A stretch of 64,000 nucleotides of DNA from an uncultured Candidatus Rokubacteria bacterium (GCA_963805625.1 CAWDVE010000017.1:1-64000), one strand, 5' to 3'; positions 10,924 through 21,636 are shown, numbered from the stretch's first letter. Notes: a model not told the origin generated them from the sequence alone. Program-made: numbers and translations.

Positions 10924-12232
10924 TGTCCTTCGCCAAAACTCCGCCGGGCGGCCAAGTGGTTGATCTGTCAGCTCTGGTCGGGCGACAATCCGAGCCTAAT
11001 GATCACCCTCCTGCTCCACCTGTTTCGACTCCTCCCGTTCCTCTGCGGCGGCCACCGCCAGCTCGCCCTGGAGAACCTCGCCTTGCGTCACCAACTCGCC
11101 GTGTACAAGAGAACGGTGAGCCGGCCCAGGCTGCGCAGGACGGATCGCCTCTTGTGGGTCTGGCTGGCCAGGGCCTGGGCCGGGTGGCGGCAGCCCCTGC
11201 TGATCGTGACCCCCGACACCGTCCTCCGGTGGCAGCGGCGCCGCTTCCGCGAGCACTGGACCAAGCGCTCCGGCCGGCCTCGGGTGGGCCGTCCAGCTAT
11301 CAACACCGAGATCGTCGCCCTCGTCAGGAAAATGGCCGCGATGAATCCCTTGTGGGGCGCCCCCCGAATCCATGGCGAACTCATGAAGCTCGGCATCGAG
11401 CTGGCAGAGCGGACCGTCTCCCGGCTGATGCCGAAGCGGCGCATACCGCCGTCCCAGACATGGCGGACGTTCCTCGCCAACCATGTCCGGGACCTCGTCG
11501 CGGTCGATTTCTTCACGGTCCCCACCGCGCAGCTGCGCGTCTTCGTCCTGGTCGTGCTCGCCCACCACCGGCACCGCGTCCTCCACTTCAACGTGACCGA
11601 GCAACCCACGGCGGCCTGGACCGCCCAGCAGATCGTCGATACCTTCCCGGACGACTCCGCGCCGTCCTATCTCCTCCGCGACCACGACGGCATCTACGGT
11701 TCCGCGTTCCGGCAGCGGGTGAAGGGCATGGGGATCTGTGAAGTCCTGACGGCGCCTCACAGTCCGTGGCAGAACCCCTTCGCGGAGCGGCTCATCGGCT
11801 CGATCCGGCGCGAGTGTCTGGATCATGTCCTTGTCCTTGGTGAACCGCATCTGCGCCGCATCCTGACCCGCTACGTCGCGTACTATCACCGGGCGCGCAC
11901 TCACCTTTCGCTCGACAAGGATGCACCCGACCGACGGCCAGTCGAGCCACCGGAGCTCGGCAGGGTCATCCAGATTCCCGAAGTCGGTGGCCTGCATCAT
12001 CGCTACGTCCGGCCCGCGGCCTGAGCCAGCCCCACCAGCTCGCCACGCTCGGCCCCGTCAGGCCGCTCACCGTCCCAGCCCGCACTCCACCTCTTCCGTG
12101 GGGGGGCCCCTATGGCCCCAAGCTGCCGACGGCCCTGCCTTCGATCCGCTGCCTACAGCTCCTGACGTTCCTGGCTGTCGCGAGAGCCTGGGACGTCGTC
12201 AACCAAATCGGGCGCGGTTTTGGCGAGGGACA
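10924..12232 (+). mobile_element. IS481/IS3-like (rve integrase core) insertion sequence, subgroup A
   Basis: Termini TGTCCTTCGCCAAAAC ... GTTTTGGCGAGGGACA; no target duplication. Confidence 0.85.
10999..12024 (+). CDS. rve-domain DDE transposase
   Basis: AVDFFTV, LLRDHDGIYG, SPWQNPFAERLIGSIRRECLDH, VGGLHHRY. Confidence 0.9.
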   Translation: MITLLLHLFRLLPFLCGGHRQLALENLALRHQLAVYKRTVSRPRLRRTDRLLWVWLARAWAGWRQPLLIVTPDTVLRWQRRRFREHWTKRSGRPRVGRPAINTEIVALVRKMAAMNPLWGAPRIHGELMKLGIELAERTVSRLMPKRRIPPSQTWRTFLANHVRDLVAVDFFTVPTAQLRVFVLVVLAHHRHRVLHFNVTEQPTAAWTAQQIVDTFPDDSAPSYLLRDHDGIYGSAFRQRVKGMGICEVLTAPHSPWQNPFAERLIGSIRRECLDHVLVLGEPHLRRILTRYVAYYHRARTHLSLDKDAPDRRPVEPPELGRVIQIPEVGGLHHRYVRPAA

Positions 12233-12336
12233 GCCCAAAGATTTCCGAATGCGGAGTTTCGCGAGTGGAGCCGCCGGGGTGGGACGCTGCACACTCCACA
12301 GTGCAGTGTGCACAGTAGACAGTGCAGGTCAACTAA

Positions 12337-13844
12337 CCCCAATCGGCGAATAAATCAGGCCACCAGACGGTGAGCGATCTGCCCATACAGTGTCTCGGTC
12401 GCGGGGTTCTGGGTCAGACGGAGCACGTTCCGCCCACCGAGTCGGCTCAGACGCCCGGCCCGGGCGATGAGCAGGAACCGAAGCGTGCGCATGCTGCGGA
12501 AGAGGTAGGCGTAGGTGCGCTTCCGGGACCGGGGCTTCGGTTCGGCGAGGGTTTCGAGTTGGAAGCTGCGGATCAGATTGTGGGCCAGGATGCTGAGTTG
12601 CTGCCAGGCGCTGTTGGCCGCGTAGTGCTTGGTCGGGACCACGTCGAGCGCGAACTCGCCTTTGAGTTCGGCGAAGGTCTTCTCCTGCGCCCCACGCCCG
12701 CAGGCAAAGGCCCACAGCGCCGAGAGTCCCAGCGGCAGGTTCGTGGCCACGGCCGAGTACTCGTAGTGCCCGTCATCGGGAGTGAACAGATCGAGTTGGA
12801 AGTTCCGGCGCGTTTCGTGGTGGACGTGCTTCCGGTACAGGACCACGCGCAGGCGGAGATTGTTCCACTGTGGGATGACCAGTTCGGTCTCGTGGCCGGT
12901 CACGCCCGGCGCCACCGGGTGCCAGCGTCGGCACGCGGCGGCGATCGCCTTGAGCGGAAGCCAGCTCCAGTACCCCACCTTGATCGCGTAGCCACAGTCC
13001 CGGGCGGCGAGCAGGTGCAGAATCCCGCGCTGGAAGAAGGCGGCGTCCATGCGGAACTCCAGGGCCACGCGCCGGCCGAAGCGGCCGCGGAGGTCGTCGA
13101 TGAGGTCCCGCAGGAACGGGATCGCCTGCTTGGAGTCGTGGACGTTCCCGGGCCGGTTCTTCAGGCGAAGGATGTGGCCCGTCTGGGCCACGTGCGCGAC
13201 CAGCGGGTAGTAGCTCGGGTCCTTCCGATGATGGGGGTTGAAGCCGCGGAAGGCCCAGCCGACGGTGGCCCCCGTGCGGATGACCGACCCATCCACGTCG
13301 ATCGTCAGGCGCGGCAGCTCGAGCCGGGCCAGCGCCTCGGTCACGAGATCCCGATTCAAGGCGACGAGCGGCGCCAGCGTCTCCTGCGTGAACTGCCGCA
13401 ACCAGTCGGCGACCGTCCGGCGGGTGGGCAACCGGGCCAAGCCACAGAAGCGCGTCACCAGCGGATCGCCGCCGAGGTAGCGCAGGTGCTCGAGGCGCCG
13501 GGCCCCGACGTAGAACAGCGCCAGCAGCACCATCGCGATCCGCGCACTGCCGTAGTCGCTGCGCAGTCCTCCGAAGGCCTGACGCAACCGCGCCCCCAGA
13601 TGGATCTGGCGCAGATAGCGCCCGAGCAGCTCCAGGCCGCCGTACGAGGTGAGCGCCTGGGGGACGAACTGGATCGTGAGATCACCCTTGACCACCCGCC
13701 GCAGGGTCGCTATCGTCAAACGCATCAGAGGGGCCTCCAGTGTGCGAGGGAGCGCATTGGCGTGTTCTCCCTTGAGACCGCATTGGAAGCCTCTCTGATT
13801 CATGTTTCCCGCTGTTTCCCGTCCCGCTTATTCGCCGATTGGGG
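12337..13844 (-). mobile_element. IS1380-family element, intact
   Basis: 17-bp perfect IR CCCCAATCGGCGAATAA; 4-bp TSD CTAA at 12333-12336 and 13845-13848. Confidence 0.92.
12355..13725 (-). CDS. IS1380-family transposase
   Basis: LTSYGGL, LTIDVDGS, RPGNVHDS, FRMDAAFF, RGAQEKTFAELK. Confidence 0.9.
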   Translation of the reverse strand: MRLTIATLRRVVKGDLTIQFVPQALTSYGGLELLGRYLRQIHLGARLRQAFGGLRSDYGSARIAMVLLALFYVGARRLEHLRYLGGDPLVTRFCGLARLPTRRTVADWLRQFTQETLAPLVALNRDLVTEALARLELPRLTIDVDGSVIRTGATVGWAFRGFNPHHRKDPSYYPLVAHVAQTGHILRLKNRPGNVHDSKQAIPFLRDLIDDLRGRFGRRVALEFRMDAAFFQRGILHLLAARDCGYAIKVGYWSWLPLKAIAAACRRWHPVAPGVTGHETELVIPQWNNLRLRVVLYRKHVHHETRRNFQLDLFTPDDGHYEYSAVATNLPLGLSALWAFACGRGAQEKTFAELKGEFALDVVPTKHYAANSAWQQLSILAHNLIRSFQLETLAEPKPRSRKRTYAYLFRSMRTLRFLLIARAGRLSRLGGRNVLRLTQNPATETLYGQIAHRLVA

Positions 13845-14537
13845 CTAACCCTCGGATTCTTCGGCCTTCCTCTACCCTGCTCTGAAGCCTTCGGACGAGG
13901 GGTGCACAGTGGACGGTGCACCGGCCCAAGCGCAGGCTGAGAGACCCGGGCACGGATTCTTCCATCACGGTAGACATTTGCTCTGCCACGGCGCGCGTGG
14001 CACAGGCCTTGCTCCTCGTCGATGGCGGTCCGGCGTAGAGTCCCGCGCCTAGCCTAGGAAGACGCACTACGATGTGTGGAACGCGCTCGCTCGCTCCCCT
14101 CCCCGCCCGTGCGATGGACGTCTGCAGGCTCAGCGGCGCGGCCCTGAGAGCACGGCTCCCCAGACGATTCCGGCTCCGAGCCGCCGACGAATCCTCGAAC
14201 GCTGAGGTCGAGAAGGGCGCGACCGAGATCGCCAAGGCCTACGCGAAGACGGCGTCGCAGCTGTCGCTCAGCGGGGGCCCCTGCAACTGGACGTGCGGCA
14301 GCGTGCGCATCCCCACCCCCCTGATCAAAGCGTTTGGCTTCCTCCAATACGACTGCAGCAGCACGACGGCGCCGCCGGATACCCGACGGCCCACCGGGCG
14401 CGACACGGACAGCGAGATGGCGTTGTCGATCACCGACGCCGAATACCAGGCCCCCCCTGGGGGGAACGAGGGAAACGGCCGAGAAGGGCCATTATGTCGA
14501 CTACCCTCAAACACCAGGAGGAAATCAAATCATGAAC

Positions 14538-15906
14538 GGCCAGGTGCCACACCATCTCGGTCGGTTAGAGATGCGAGCGCAGTGCTCGGTCACGGTGATC
14601 TGGAGAGAGCCTGTGAGCGAAAGCAAGGGAGCCATGGCGCAAGAGAGGCGGCGACGAGAGGTCGACGCGGCGAACGCTGGTGGCGAAGGTCCGGCGGGGA
14701 GATCCAGCTCGTATGCGCAGGCGGTGGCGCGCGCCAATGGAGTGAGCCGTCCAGGGTGCGAGTGAGCAGGCGCACCGTCCGGGCCGGGGCGCAGGCCCTG
14801 GACGACGTGGACTGGAGCGATCAGCCACGGGTGGCCAAGCGCATCCACCGGATCCCCGAGGCGGTGGAGCAGCTGGTGATGACCTTGCGGCACGACCTGA
14901 GGACGACCAGCGATCTGGGCGAGTATGGCGCCCGGGCCATCCACCGCGCCTTCGCGGCGCGTCGGCCGGCGACGGCCGTGCCGTCCGTGCGCACCATCGG
15001 CCGGATTCTGTACCGCCGGGGGGTCCTGGATCGTGTTCGCCGGCTGCGTCGGCCCCCGCCCCGCCCCGGCTGGTACCTCCCGGGCACCCCGGGACGGGGG
15101 AGCTCGACAGCTTCGACATTGTAGAGGGCTTGGCGCTCACCGGGGGGCTGCAGCTGGAGGTCCTGACCGTCGTGTCCTTGTATGGGGGATTGCCCGGGGC
15201 CTGGCCGCAGCCGCTCGTGACGGCGAGCACCGCGGTGGCGGCGCTCGTCGCGCACTGGCGCACATGGGGCCTGCCGGCATACGCCCAATTTGACAATGAC
15301 AGCATCTTCACCGGGACGCACCGCTGGCCCGATGCGCTGGGTCGCGTCGTCCGCACGTGCCTGCGCCTGGGCGTCCGCCCGGTCTTCGCCCCACCCCAGG
15401 AAAGTGGCTTCCAAGCCGCCATCGAGAACTTCAACGGCCGCTGGCAGGCCAAGGTCTGGACCCGATTCCATCACGAATCGCTGGCCGCCCTGCAGGAGCG
15501 CTCCGACCGGTACATCCGCGCCTACCATCAGCGGGCGGCCGCGCGGATCGAGGCCGCCCCGCCGCGCCGCCCGTTCCCCGTCGCCTGGCAGGCCGATCTG
15601 CAAGCCCGCCTGCAGGGTGAGGTCTTGTTCCTGCGACGCACTTCGGACGCGGGGACGGTGCGCCTGCTCAATCGCACCCTGGAGGTCGCGCCCCATTGGC
15701 CCCACCGCCTGGTGCGATGCGAGCTGGATCTCACCGCCGGGATGCTCCGCTTCTACGCCCTGCGGCGTCGAGCGCCGGATCAGCAGCCTCTCTTGCGTGA
15801 GGCGCCCTATGTCTTTCCCCACAAGCCCTTCCACGAGTGACCGAGATGCGGTGGCACCTTCCCTCGAGTCGTCTCTTCTCCGACCGAGATGGTGTGGCAC
15901 CTGGCC
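14538..15906 (+). mobile_element. Insertion sequence with frameshifted rve-type transposase, GG...CC ends and 7-bp TSD
   Basis: IR GGCCAGGTGCCACACCATCTCGGTCGG at both ends; CATGAAC duplicated at 14531-14537 and 15907-15913; transposase pieces PSVRTIGRIL, AQFDNDSIF, AIENFNGRWQ. Confidence 0.85.
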
Positions 15907-15907
15907 C

Positions 15908-17524
15908 ATGAACAGTTCAAACATTGACTCCAGAAATTCGATTCACCGCTCGCCTCTCCGGGGGACGTATCTACTAATCGCCGTCGCGCTCGCCGGCTTT
16001 GGGCTTTTAATCGCCCTCGCGGTCGCCGACTTTGGGCTCTTGTCAAGAGCGCAGGCCACTAACGCCGCGCCGCCTGCGGATCCAGCGCTGACCGGAAATT
16101 TTGGCCGGATGTTCCGCAATTTGCCACCGTTCGCCCCGTCAACGGATGCAGTTCGCGACGCTCTTATGGAGCTCGGTAGACCGGGCGGGATTATGGATGC
16201 GAACGACGACCTCGCAGCAGGCCCTGTGGCGCTGATAACGGATCCCAACCTTCAACTGATCAACCGGAACAATCGAACCCACACCGCTGGAGTGACGTTC
16301 TTCGGCCAGTTCCTTGACCATGATATGACGTTTGACCAGAGGTCCCGACTCGGATTCCCGACTCAGCCTATCATTTCACCCAACGCTCGCACTCCCTTCT
16401 ATGATCTGGACTCCGTTTACGCTGACGGACCAAGCGGTAACCCGGAGTTATACGATCCGGCTGATCCAATCACATTCCGGATCGAAAGCGGTGGCCAGTT
16501 CGAGGACTTGCCGCGAGATCCGATTAGCCACGTGGCGATTATCGGTGACCCACGCAACGATGAGAATATGATGATCGCCGGTCTGCACGCGGCATTTCTG
16601 TTGTTTCATAACCATGCCGTCGATCTCATTCGATCACAAAATCCATCGATCACCGACATTCAAGCTTACTTCCAAGCCCATCGGCTGACAGTGTGGCATT
16701 ACCAGTGGATGATCCTTCACGAGTTCCTGCCACACATTGTCCCTCAGTCGGTGATAGATGATGTTCTAACAAACGGTCGCCATTTCTATAACCCGTTACA
16801 AAACCAGGCGTTTATTCCGGTAGAGTTCCAGATCACCTACCGATTTGGGCACAGTATGGTGCGGCCCTCATACCGTGCCAACCTCCACGGTGATAATGGA
16901 CAACCATTCTTTGGTATGATTTTCGACCCGGCGGGGGAAGGCAGCTCCGATCCGGTGGACTTGCGTGGCGGCGCGAGAGCTCCGAGGCGCTTCATCGGCT
17001 GGCAGACTTTCTTCGACTTCGGCGGCGCTTTCAGTGCCGATGCACGCCCGAACAAAAGAATCGACACAATAGTTTCGACGCCACTCTTCCGCCTTCCGCT
17101 GGGGACGATATTCAATGGGATGCCGCCGGACTCGCTGATGCAACGCAATTTATTAAGGTGTCTGACCTGGCAGCTCCCCTCCGGTCAACGCATCGCGCAA
17201 GAAATGAGCATCCCACCACTCAGCAACGCGGAGCTGGCGGAGTTGCAGCCGATTCGTCCTTCGTTTGTCGAATCGACTCCACTTTTCTATTACATCCTGA
17301 AAGAGACTCAGTTGAGGGAGGATGGACTACGTCTTGGTCCTATGGGCGCGCGTATCGTGGCGGAAGTATTCATCGGATTACTCCAGCTAGACCCTGACTC
17401 TTACCTCAGCGTGCAACCCAACTGGCTGCCAACGCTGCCGACCCATGACGGAACGCCGCAAAGTTTTCGAATGATCGACTTTTTGACCTTTGCCGGCGTG
17501 GACCCGACAAGCCGCGGTCAGTAG
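15908..17524 (+). CDS. Secreted animal-type heme peroxidase (peroxidase-cyclooxygenase superfamily)
   Basis: N-terminal hydrophobic leader; FGQFLDHD, IGDPRNDEN, YRFGHSMVR, TPLFYYILKE, LGPMGARIVAEV; visibly lower GC than flanks. Confidence 0.9.
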   Translation: MNSSNIDSRNSIHRSPLRGTYLLIAVALAGFGLLIALAVADFGLLSRAQATNAAPPADPALTGNFGRMFRNLPPFAPSTDAVRDALMELGRPGGIMDANDDLAAGPVALITDPNLQLINRNNRTHTAGVTFFGQFLDHDMTFDQRSRLGFPTQPIISPNARTPFYDLDSVYADGPSGNPELYDPADPITFRIESGGQFEDLPRDPISHVAIIGDPRNDENMMIAGLHAAFLLFHNHAVDLIRSQNPSITDIQAYFQAHRLTVWHYQWMILHEFLPHIVPQSVIDDVLTNGRHFYNPLQNQAFIPVEFQITYRFGHSMVRPSYRANLHGDNGQPFFGMIFDPAGEGSSDPVDLRGGARAPRRFIGWQTFFDFGGAFSADARPNKRIDTIVSTPLFRLPLGTIFNGMPPDSLMQRNLLRCLTWQLPSGQRIAQEMSIPPLSNAELAELQPIRPSFVESTPLFYYILKETQLREDGLRLGPMGARIVAEVFIGLLQLDPDSYLSVQPNWLPTLPTHDGTPQSFRMIDFLTFAGVDPTSRGQ

Positions 17525-17608
17525 TCGTCAGTTAGAGACAGGAGCAAAGAGTTCGCGTTTTTCCGAGCTCCTGCAGCCGCTTCAGGTCCGCCACGGTCGC
17601 CCCGCTGT

Positions 17609-18942
17609 TGTCCCGGTTAGAAACCTCATCGGGCCAGTGTCACGCTGGTTCCACGCTGGGTTTGATCGTCCAGGGCCGGAGGAGCCTCTTCGCTACGGAG
17701 ATGTGAAGGGGGCCGGGGGAGGCCCAGGCGTGACCGTGAATCGCCACGCTGCCGGCGGGCGGCCTGCTGGACCGCAGGAAGGAGCGAAGGGTGAATGCGC
17801 GGTCGCGGTGATCAGGCGGCGCGCTGATAGCGGTGGTGGAGCCCGCCGACCTCAGGAATGGCGATGATCCGGCCACATGGTGGGGGTTCGACAGCTCGGG
17901 GGTGGGGACTGTTGCCGTCGAGCGATTGGTGTGGCCGCGTGGTGTTGTAGTAGGCGGCGTAGGCGTGCAGGAGTCGGCGGAGGTGGGCCTCGCTCAGAAT
18001 GAGGAAGTGATCCAGGCACTCGCGCCGGATGGAGCCGATCACCCGCTCCACGAAGGGGTTCTGCCAGGGCGCGCGGGGGGCGGTGAGGACCTCGCGGATC
18101 CCCATGCTCTTGACTCGCCGCGCGAACTCCTTGCCGTAGATCGCGTCTCGATCACGGAGCAGGAACCTGGGGGCCGAATCGTCCGGGAATGCCTCGATGA
18201 TCTGCCGGGCGGTCCAGACGGCCGTGGGGTGGTCCGTGACGTTGACATGGAGGAGTTCGCGGCGGTCGTGGCGGAGCACGACGAAGACGGACAAGAGGCG
18301 GAAGGCCAAGGTCGGCACGAGGAAGAAGTCCACGGCGACGATCGCCCGGGCAAGCGCGGCCAGAAAGACGCGCCAGGTCGGCGAGGGCCGAGGTGACGCT
18401 CGGTGCATGGACTTGGTGACGGTCAGCTCGGCGACCTCGTAGCCGAGGAGGGCGAGCTCCGCCTGGATCCGCCGCCGGCCCCACGTCGGATTCTCGCGCG
18501 CCATGCGGTGGATCAGCTGGCGGATCTCAGCGCCAAGTCGCGGCCGCCCCACGCGGTTCGCTGTGGACCGCCAGCGCCAGTAAAGCCGGAAGCCTTGGCG
18601 GTGCCAGGCGAGGACGGTCGCGGGCTGGACAATGACGAGACTCGAGCGCCACCTCGTCCACAGGCGAGGCAACCAGACCCAGAGGATCCGGTCCCAACGG
18701 GAGAGCCGGGGTCGGCGGACAGAGCGCTGAAGGACAGCCAGTTGATGGCGCAGCGCCACGTTTTCCAAGGCGATGGCCGCCGACCCGAGGGACAAGGCGC
18801 GGAGGAAGGTCCAGAGACCGATCACGAAGACCATCGGGGCCCCCCGGCATCAGACGTCTGAGCCGAGACTCTACCGGATCAGTGGTGGAGGAGGTGAGGG
18901 AAGTTCAAGCGGGACAAGCGGATGGACTTCTTGACCGGGACA
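17609..18942 (-). mobile_element. IS481/IS3-like element, subgroup B
   Basis: Termini TGTCCCGGTTAGAA ... TTCTTGACCGGGACA; no TSD. Confidence 0.85.
17812..18834 (-). CDS. rve-domain DDE transposase
   Basis: AVDFFLV, LLRDRDAIYG, APWQNPFVERVIGSIRRECLDH. Confidence 0.9.
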   Translation of the reverse strand: MVFVIGLWTFLRALSLGSAAIALENVALRHQLAVLQRSVRRPRLSRWDRILWVWLPRLWTRWRSSLVIVQPATVLAWHRQGFRLYWRWRSTANRVGRPRLGAEIRQLIHRMARENPTWGRRRIQAELALLGYEVAELTVTKSMHRASPRPSPTWRVFLAALARAIVAVDFFLVPTLAFRLLSVFVVLRHDRRELLHVNVTDHPTAVWTARQIIEAFPDDSAPRFLLRDRDAIYGKEFARRVKSMGIREVLTAPRAPWQNPFVERVIGSIRRECLDHFLILSEAHLRRLLHAYAAYYNTTRPHQSLDGNSPHPRAVEPPPCGRIIAIPEVGGLHHRYQRAA

Positions 18943-19157
18943 GGACTTGCACGAGCCGGAACCGGACACGGGTCCTGCTCGGTACTCAGGCGGGGTCGGT
19001 CGTAAGATCGCTCGAGCTCTGCGATGGTCTTGGGTCGACGGCGCAGAAGCGTGAACCACCTGCCACGCCGCCGCCGGAACGAGCTCGGCCGGGATCCCGC
19101 CTGGCCCCGAGTGAAGGGGTGTCCCGCCTCCCTTCGGAGTTTCGTATATACTGAACT

Positions 19158-19445
19158 GTGTTCGAGTGGGACGCGCGGAAGGCCGCCGTGAACCGTGCCA
19201 CGCACGGAGTCTCATTCGAGGAGGCGGGAACTGTGTTCGGTGACCCCAATGGCCTCGACGGCCCGGATCTGCGCCATTCGGCGAGGGAGTCGCGGTTTCT
19301 GCGACTGGGCCGGGCGGCGACGGGCCGCATGCTCGTGGTGGCCTATACCGTGAGGAGAAGCGACAATGACGAGAGCGTCCGTATCATCAGCGCCCGCCGG
19401 GCGAGCCGCAAGGAGCGGGCCGCCTATGCGGCGGCGCGGGATTGA
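19158..19445 (+). CDS. brnT: BrnT-family toxin
   Basis: FEWD..KAAVN...HGVSFEEA..VFGDP...RIISARRA. Confidence 0.9.
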   Translation: MFEWDARKAAVNRATHGVSFEEAGTVFGDPNGLDGPDLRHSARESRFLRLGRAATGRMLVVAYTVRRSDNDESVRIISARRASRKERAAYAAARD

Positions 19446-19665
19446 CTTCTCCGACATCCCGGAGGCGTCCCCCGCACAGCTCCGGGCGATGCGACGAGTC
19501 GGGCGACCTCCTCTGGGCGCCGCGGCCCGACGACTGATCGCGATTCGGATCGACCCCCAGGTCCTCGACGCGGTCCGGCGTGAGGCCAAACGGCGAGGGT
19601 TGGGCTACCAGTCGCTCATCAACGGCGTCCTCGCGAAGCACGTCCGGCGAGTGCGGAGCGCCTGA
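19426..19665 (+). CDS. brnA: BrnA-family antitoxin
   Basis: IDFSDIPE...GRPP...IAIRIDPQVL...GYQSLIN; overlaps the brnT end. Confidence 0.85.
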   Translation: MRRRGIDFSDIPEASPAQLRAMRRVGRPPLGAAARRLIAIRIDPQVLDAVRREAKRRGLGYQSLINGVLAKHVRRVRSA

Positions 19666-19799
19666 ATGCCCTGGCCACGCGAGGGTGACGACGACGGAGA
19701 TCTCCCGACCTGACCGACCCGGTTCATGGAAGGCGATTCGTACCCTCGAGCGTACTTCCGGTCCTGCAACTGGCGGAAAACACGGGAGGAACTGACGGG

Positions 19800-19844
19800 C
19801 TTCTAAGTCGTGGGTCGGGGGTTCGAGTCCCCCCAGGCGCGCCA
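19800..19844 (+). repeat. tRNA-Arg(TCT) 3' half, att-site scar copy 2
   Basis: Identical to 8721-8765; homology starts at the anticodon loop. Confidence 0.85.
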
Positions 19845-20257
19845 AAACACTAGCTGTGACAGACACTTAACCTGCCTCGAGGTTTGTGCCTGTGGGGTTG
19901 AAGCGTCCGCTGGAATGGGCCGTTGCTCGCCGCCCGCATGACGCGAGATTGTCTCCGGATCGGAGCTGAAAGATCAGCCTCTTGCCCGCCGGACGGGGTT
20001 TTGGCGAAGGACAGGCTTGTCGCAAGAGCACGGTGAGCCGCTGCGTGAGCCGGACCCGCTTCTTGGCGAAGGACAGGGTCGAGATGGCCACGATCCGGGT
20101 GTGGAACCCGGTCAGGTAGCGAAGCAGGTCAGGAACAGGCACTCGATGTCGACGTCGGCCATTCCGGCAGCGGGTCTCCTTTTCAGCCGCCGCCGATACT
20201 CGGCGGAAACTCCCAAACCGGATCGCCGGGCCGGCGCCTCCAGGTGACAGGCCACGC

Positions 20258-20737
20258 TCACTTCCGCCGGAAGGAGCTTCGGTTGTTCCGGATCTGTTCG
20301 GCGTGGTCATGGGCGTGCGGCCCGTAGCTCTGCAGCCAGCGTGCTGTGGAGTATTCGCCGGTCGGCGTCGGCATCCCCGCTTTCGCCCAGTCGGCCTCGG
20401 TCATCCGATCGAGCAGCTCGGCCGTATACGCGCGCACGCTCTCGAACAGCGCCATCGCCGCCTCGAGCGGCCGCTCGGCGTACGTAAACCGCACCGCCAG
20501 CTCATCCGGATCGTAGCGCCACAACTGCGCGTCGTCCGTGATCAGCATGCGACGCAGCCGCACGGCCGCGATCGTCTCACTGTCGGCGAGGTGGTGAACT
20601 ACCTCGCGAGCGCTCCATTCGGATTTCGCAGGCTTCCAGTCCAGCTCCTCCGGGGAGATGCCCGCGAGCGCGGTGGTGACCTCAGCGTACCCCTGCTTGT
20701 AGCGGTCGATCAGGTCGACCCGTTCGGCACTGGTCAT
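20258..20737 (-). CDS. DinB-family protein
   Basis: WSAREVVHHLADSE...HAHDHAEQI. Confidence 0.85.
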   Translation of the reverse strand: MTSAERVDLIDRYKQGYAEVTTALAGISPEELDWKPAKSEWSAREVVHHLADSETIAAVRLRRMLITDDAQLWRYDPDELAVRFTYAERPLEAAMALFESVRAYTAELLDRMTEADWAKAGMPTPTGEYSTARWLQSYGPHAHDHAEQIRNNRSSFRRK

Positions 20738-21142
20738 CGGTCCTCCTTTCCCTGGTTCGGAGTGAAGCGGGGGCCACCGGCCGCGTCTGGGAAGCCGGCG
20801 GGTGCACGCATTCCGGCCACTGCCGATCTCTAAGAACTAGTCGCCCTGTCGCAGCAGATCACTGATCCAGTATCCCTCAGTTTCAGCCTCGTCAGGTACC
20901 GTCCGGAATGGGTGTCAACCGTTCACACGGGATGATGTGCCTTTCTCCCAGCCGAGATCCCTTCACGAGGGCAGGTGTCCCTAGCCGAGCATTCCCGGTG
21001 ACGTGGTGTCTGCTGCCCAGGGCGCTGCCCAAATTGCGTGAGTGAGAAGGAGTGACAAATCGTGAGACGCCGGGATCGAGCGCGTGGCCGGAAGTGATGA
21101 ATTCTGGTAGAAGTGACAATTCGTGAGATCACCGTAAGGAAA

Positions 21143-21187
21143 TTCCCAAGCTGGACGTCGCCGGTTCGATTCCGGTCGCCCGCTCCA
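21143..21187 (+). repeat. tRNA-Gly(CCC) 3' half, att-site scar
   Basis: TTCCCAA-GCTGGACGTC-GCCGGTTCGATTCCGGT-CGCCCGCTCCA; 5' half absent. Confidence 0.8.
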
Positions 21188-21490
21188 ATGACGACGCGGG
21201 TTGCAGGGCACCCGCATCCCCGCGTTCGCGTCGATGCTGCGTTTGTGTGCGCGTTCACACTGAGTGTTGCCCACGCTTCCCATGGGATCCCATGAAGATT
21301 GGCTAGTTGGGCAGCTCCCTCGGCCTAGCGACGTCCAGACTCGAAGCTGGACGTCAGCGGCGGAAAGGGGAGTGCTACGTGACGGTCACACAACTCGAGC
21401 GCCTCACCTGCGGGACGGGTGACTCCCTATCGAACGCGTTGACCCCCAAGATCCGGTTGCACCCGACCGATGCGGACGCTGCACCCTACC

Positions 21491-21636
21491 TCAGAACTTG
21501 AACGAGACCTCGGCCCCGTACGACCACCCGGAGAAGTTGTCCGAGAAGAAATACGACACCCCGATCCCGAGGTACTCGAGCTTCCACAACAGGCCCACAA
21601 GGTCCACCACCAGCCGCCCGCCGGCGTCGTAGAGGT
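21491..21636 (-). pseudogene. C-terminal remnant of an outer-membrane beta-barrel protein
   Basis: Manual translation NLYDAGGRLVVDLVG...GWSYGAEVSFKF*, cut at the IS terminus. Confidence 0.5.

Noticed and set aside
14072-14530. Fumarase-like fragment (RIPTPLIKAFG)
   Set aside because: Similarity limited to about 10 residues; cannot be supported
15290-17524. 744-aa transposase-peroxidase fusion ORF
   Set aside because: The upstream part is an off-frame read-through of the IS; the true start is the duplicated ATG at 15908
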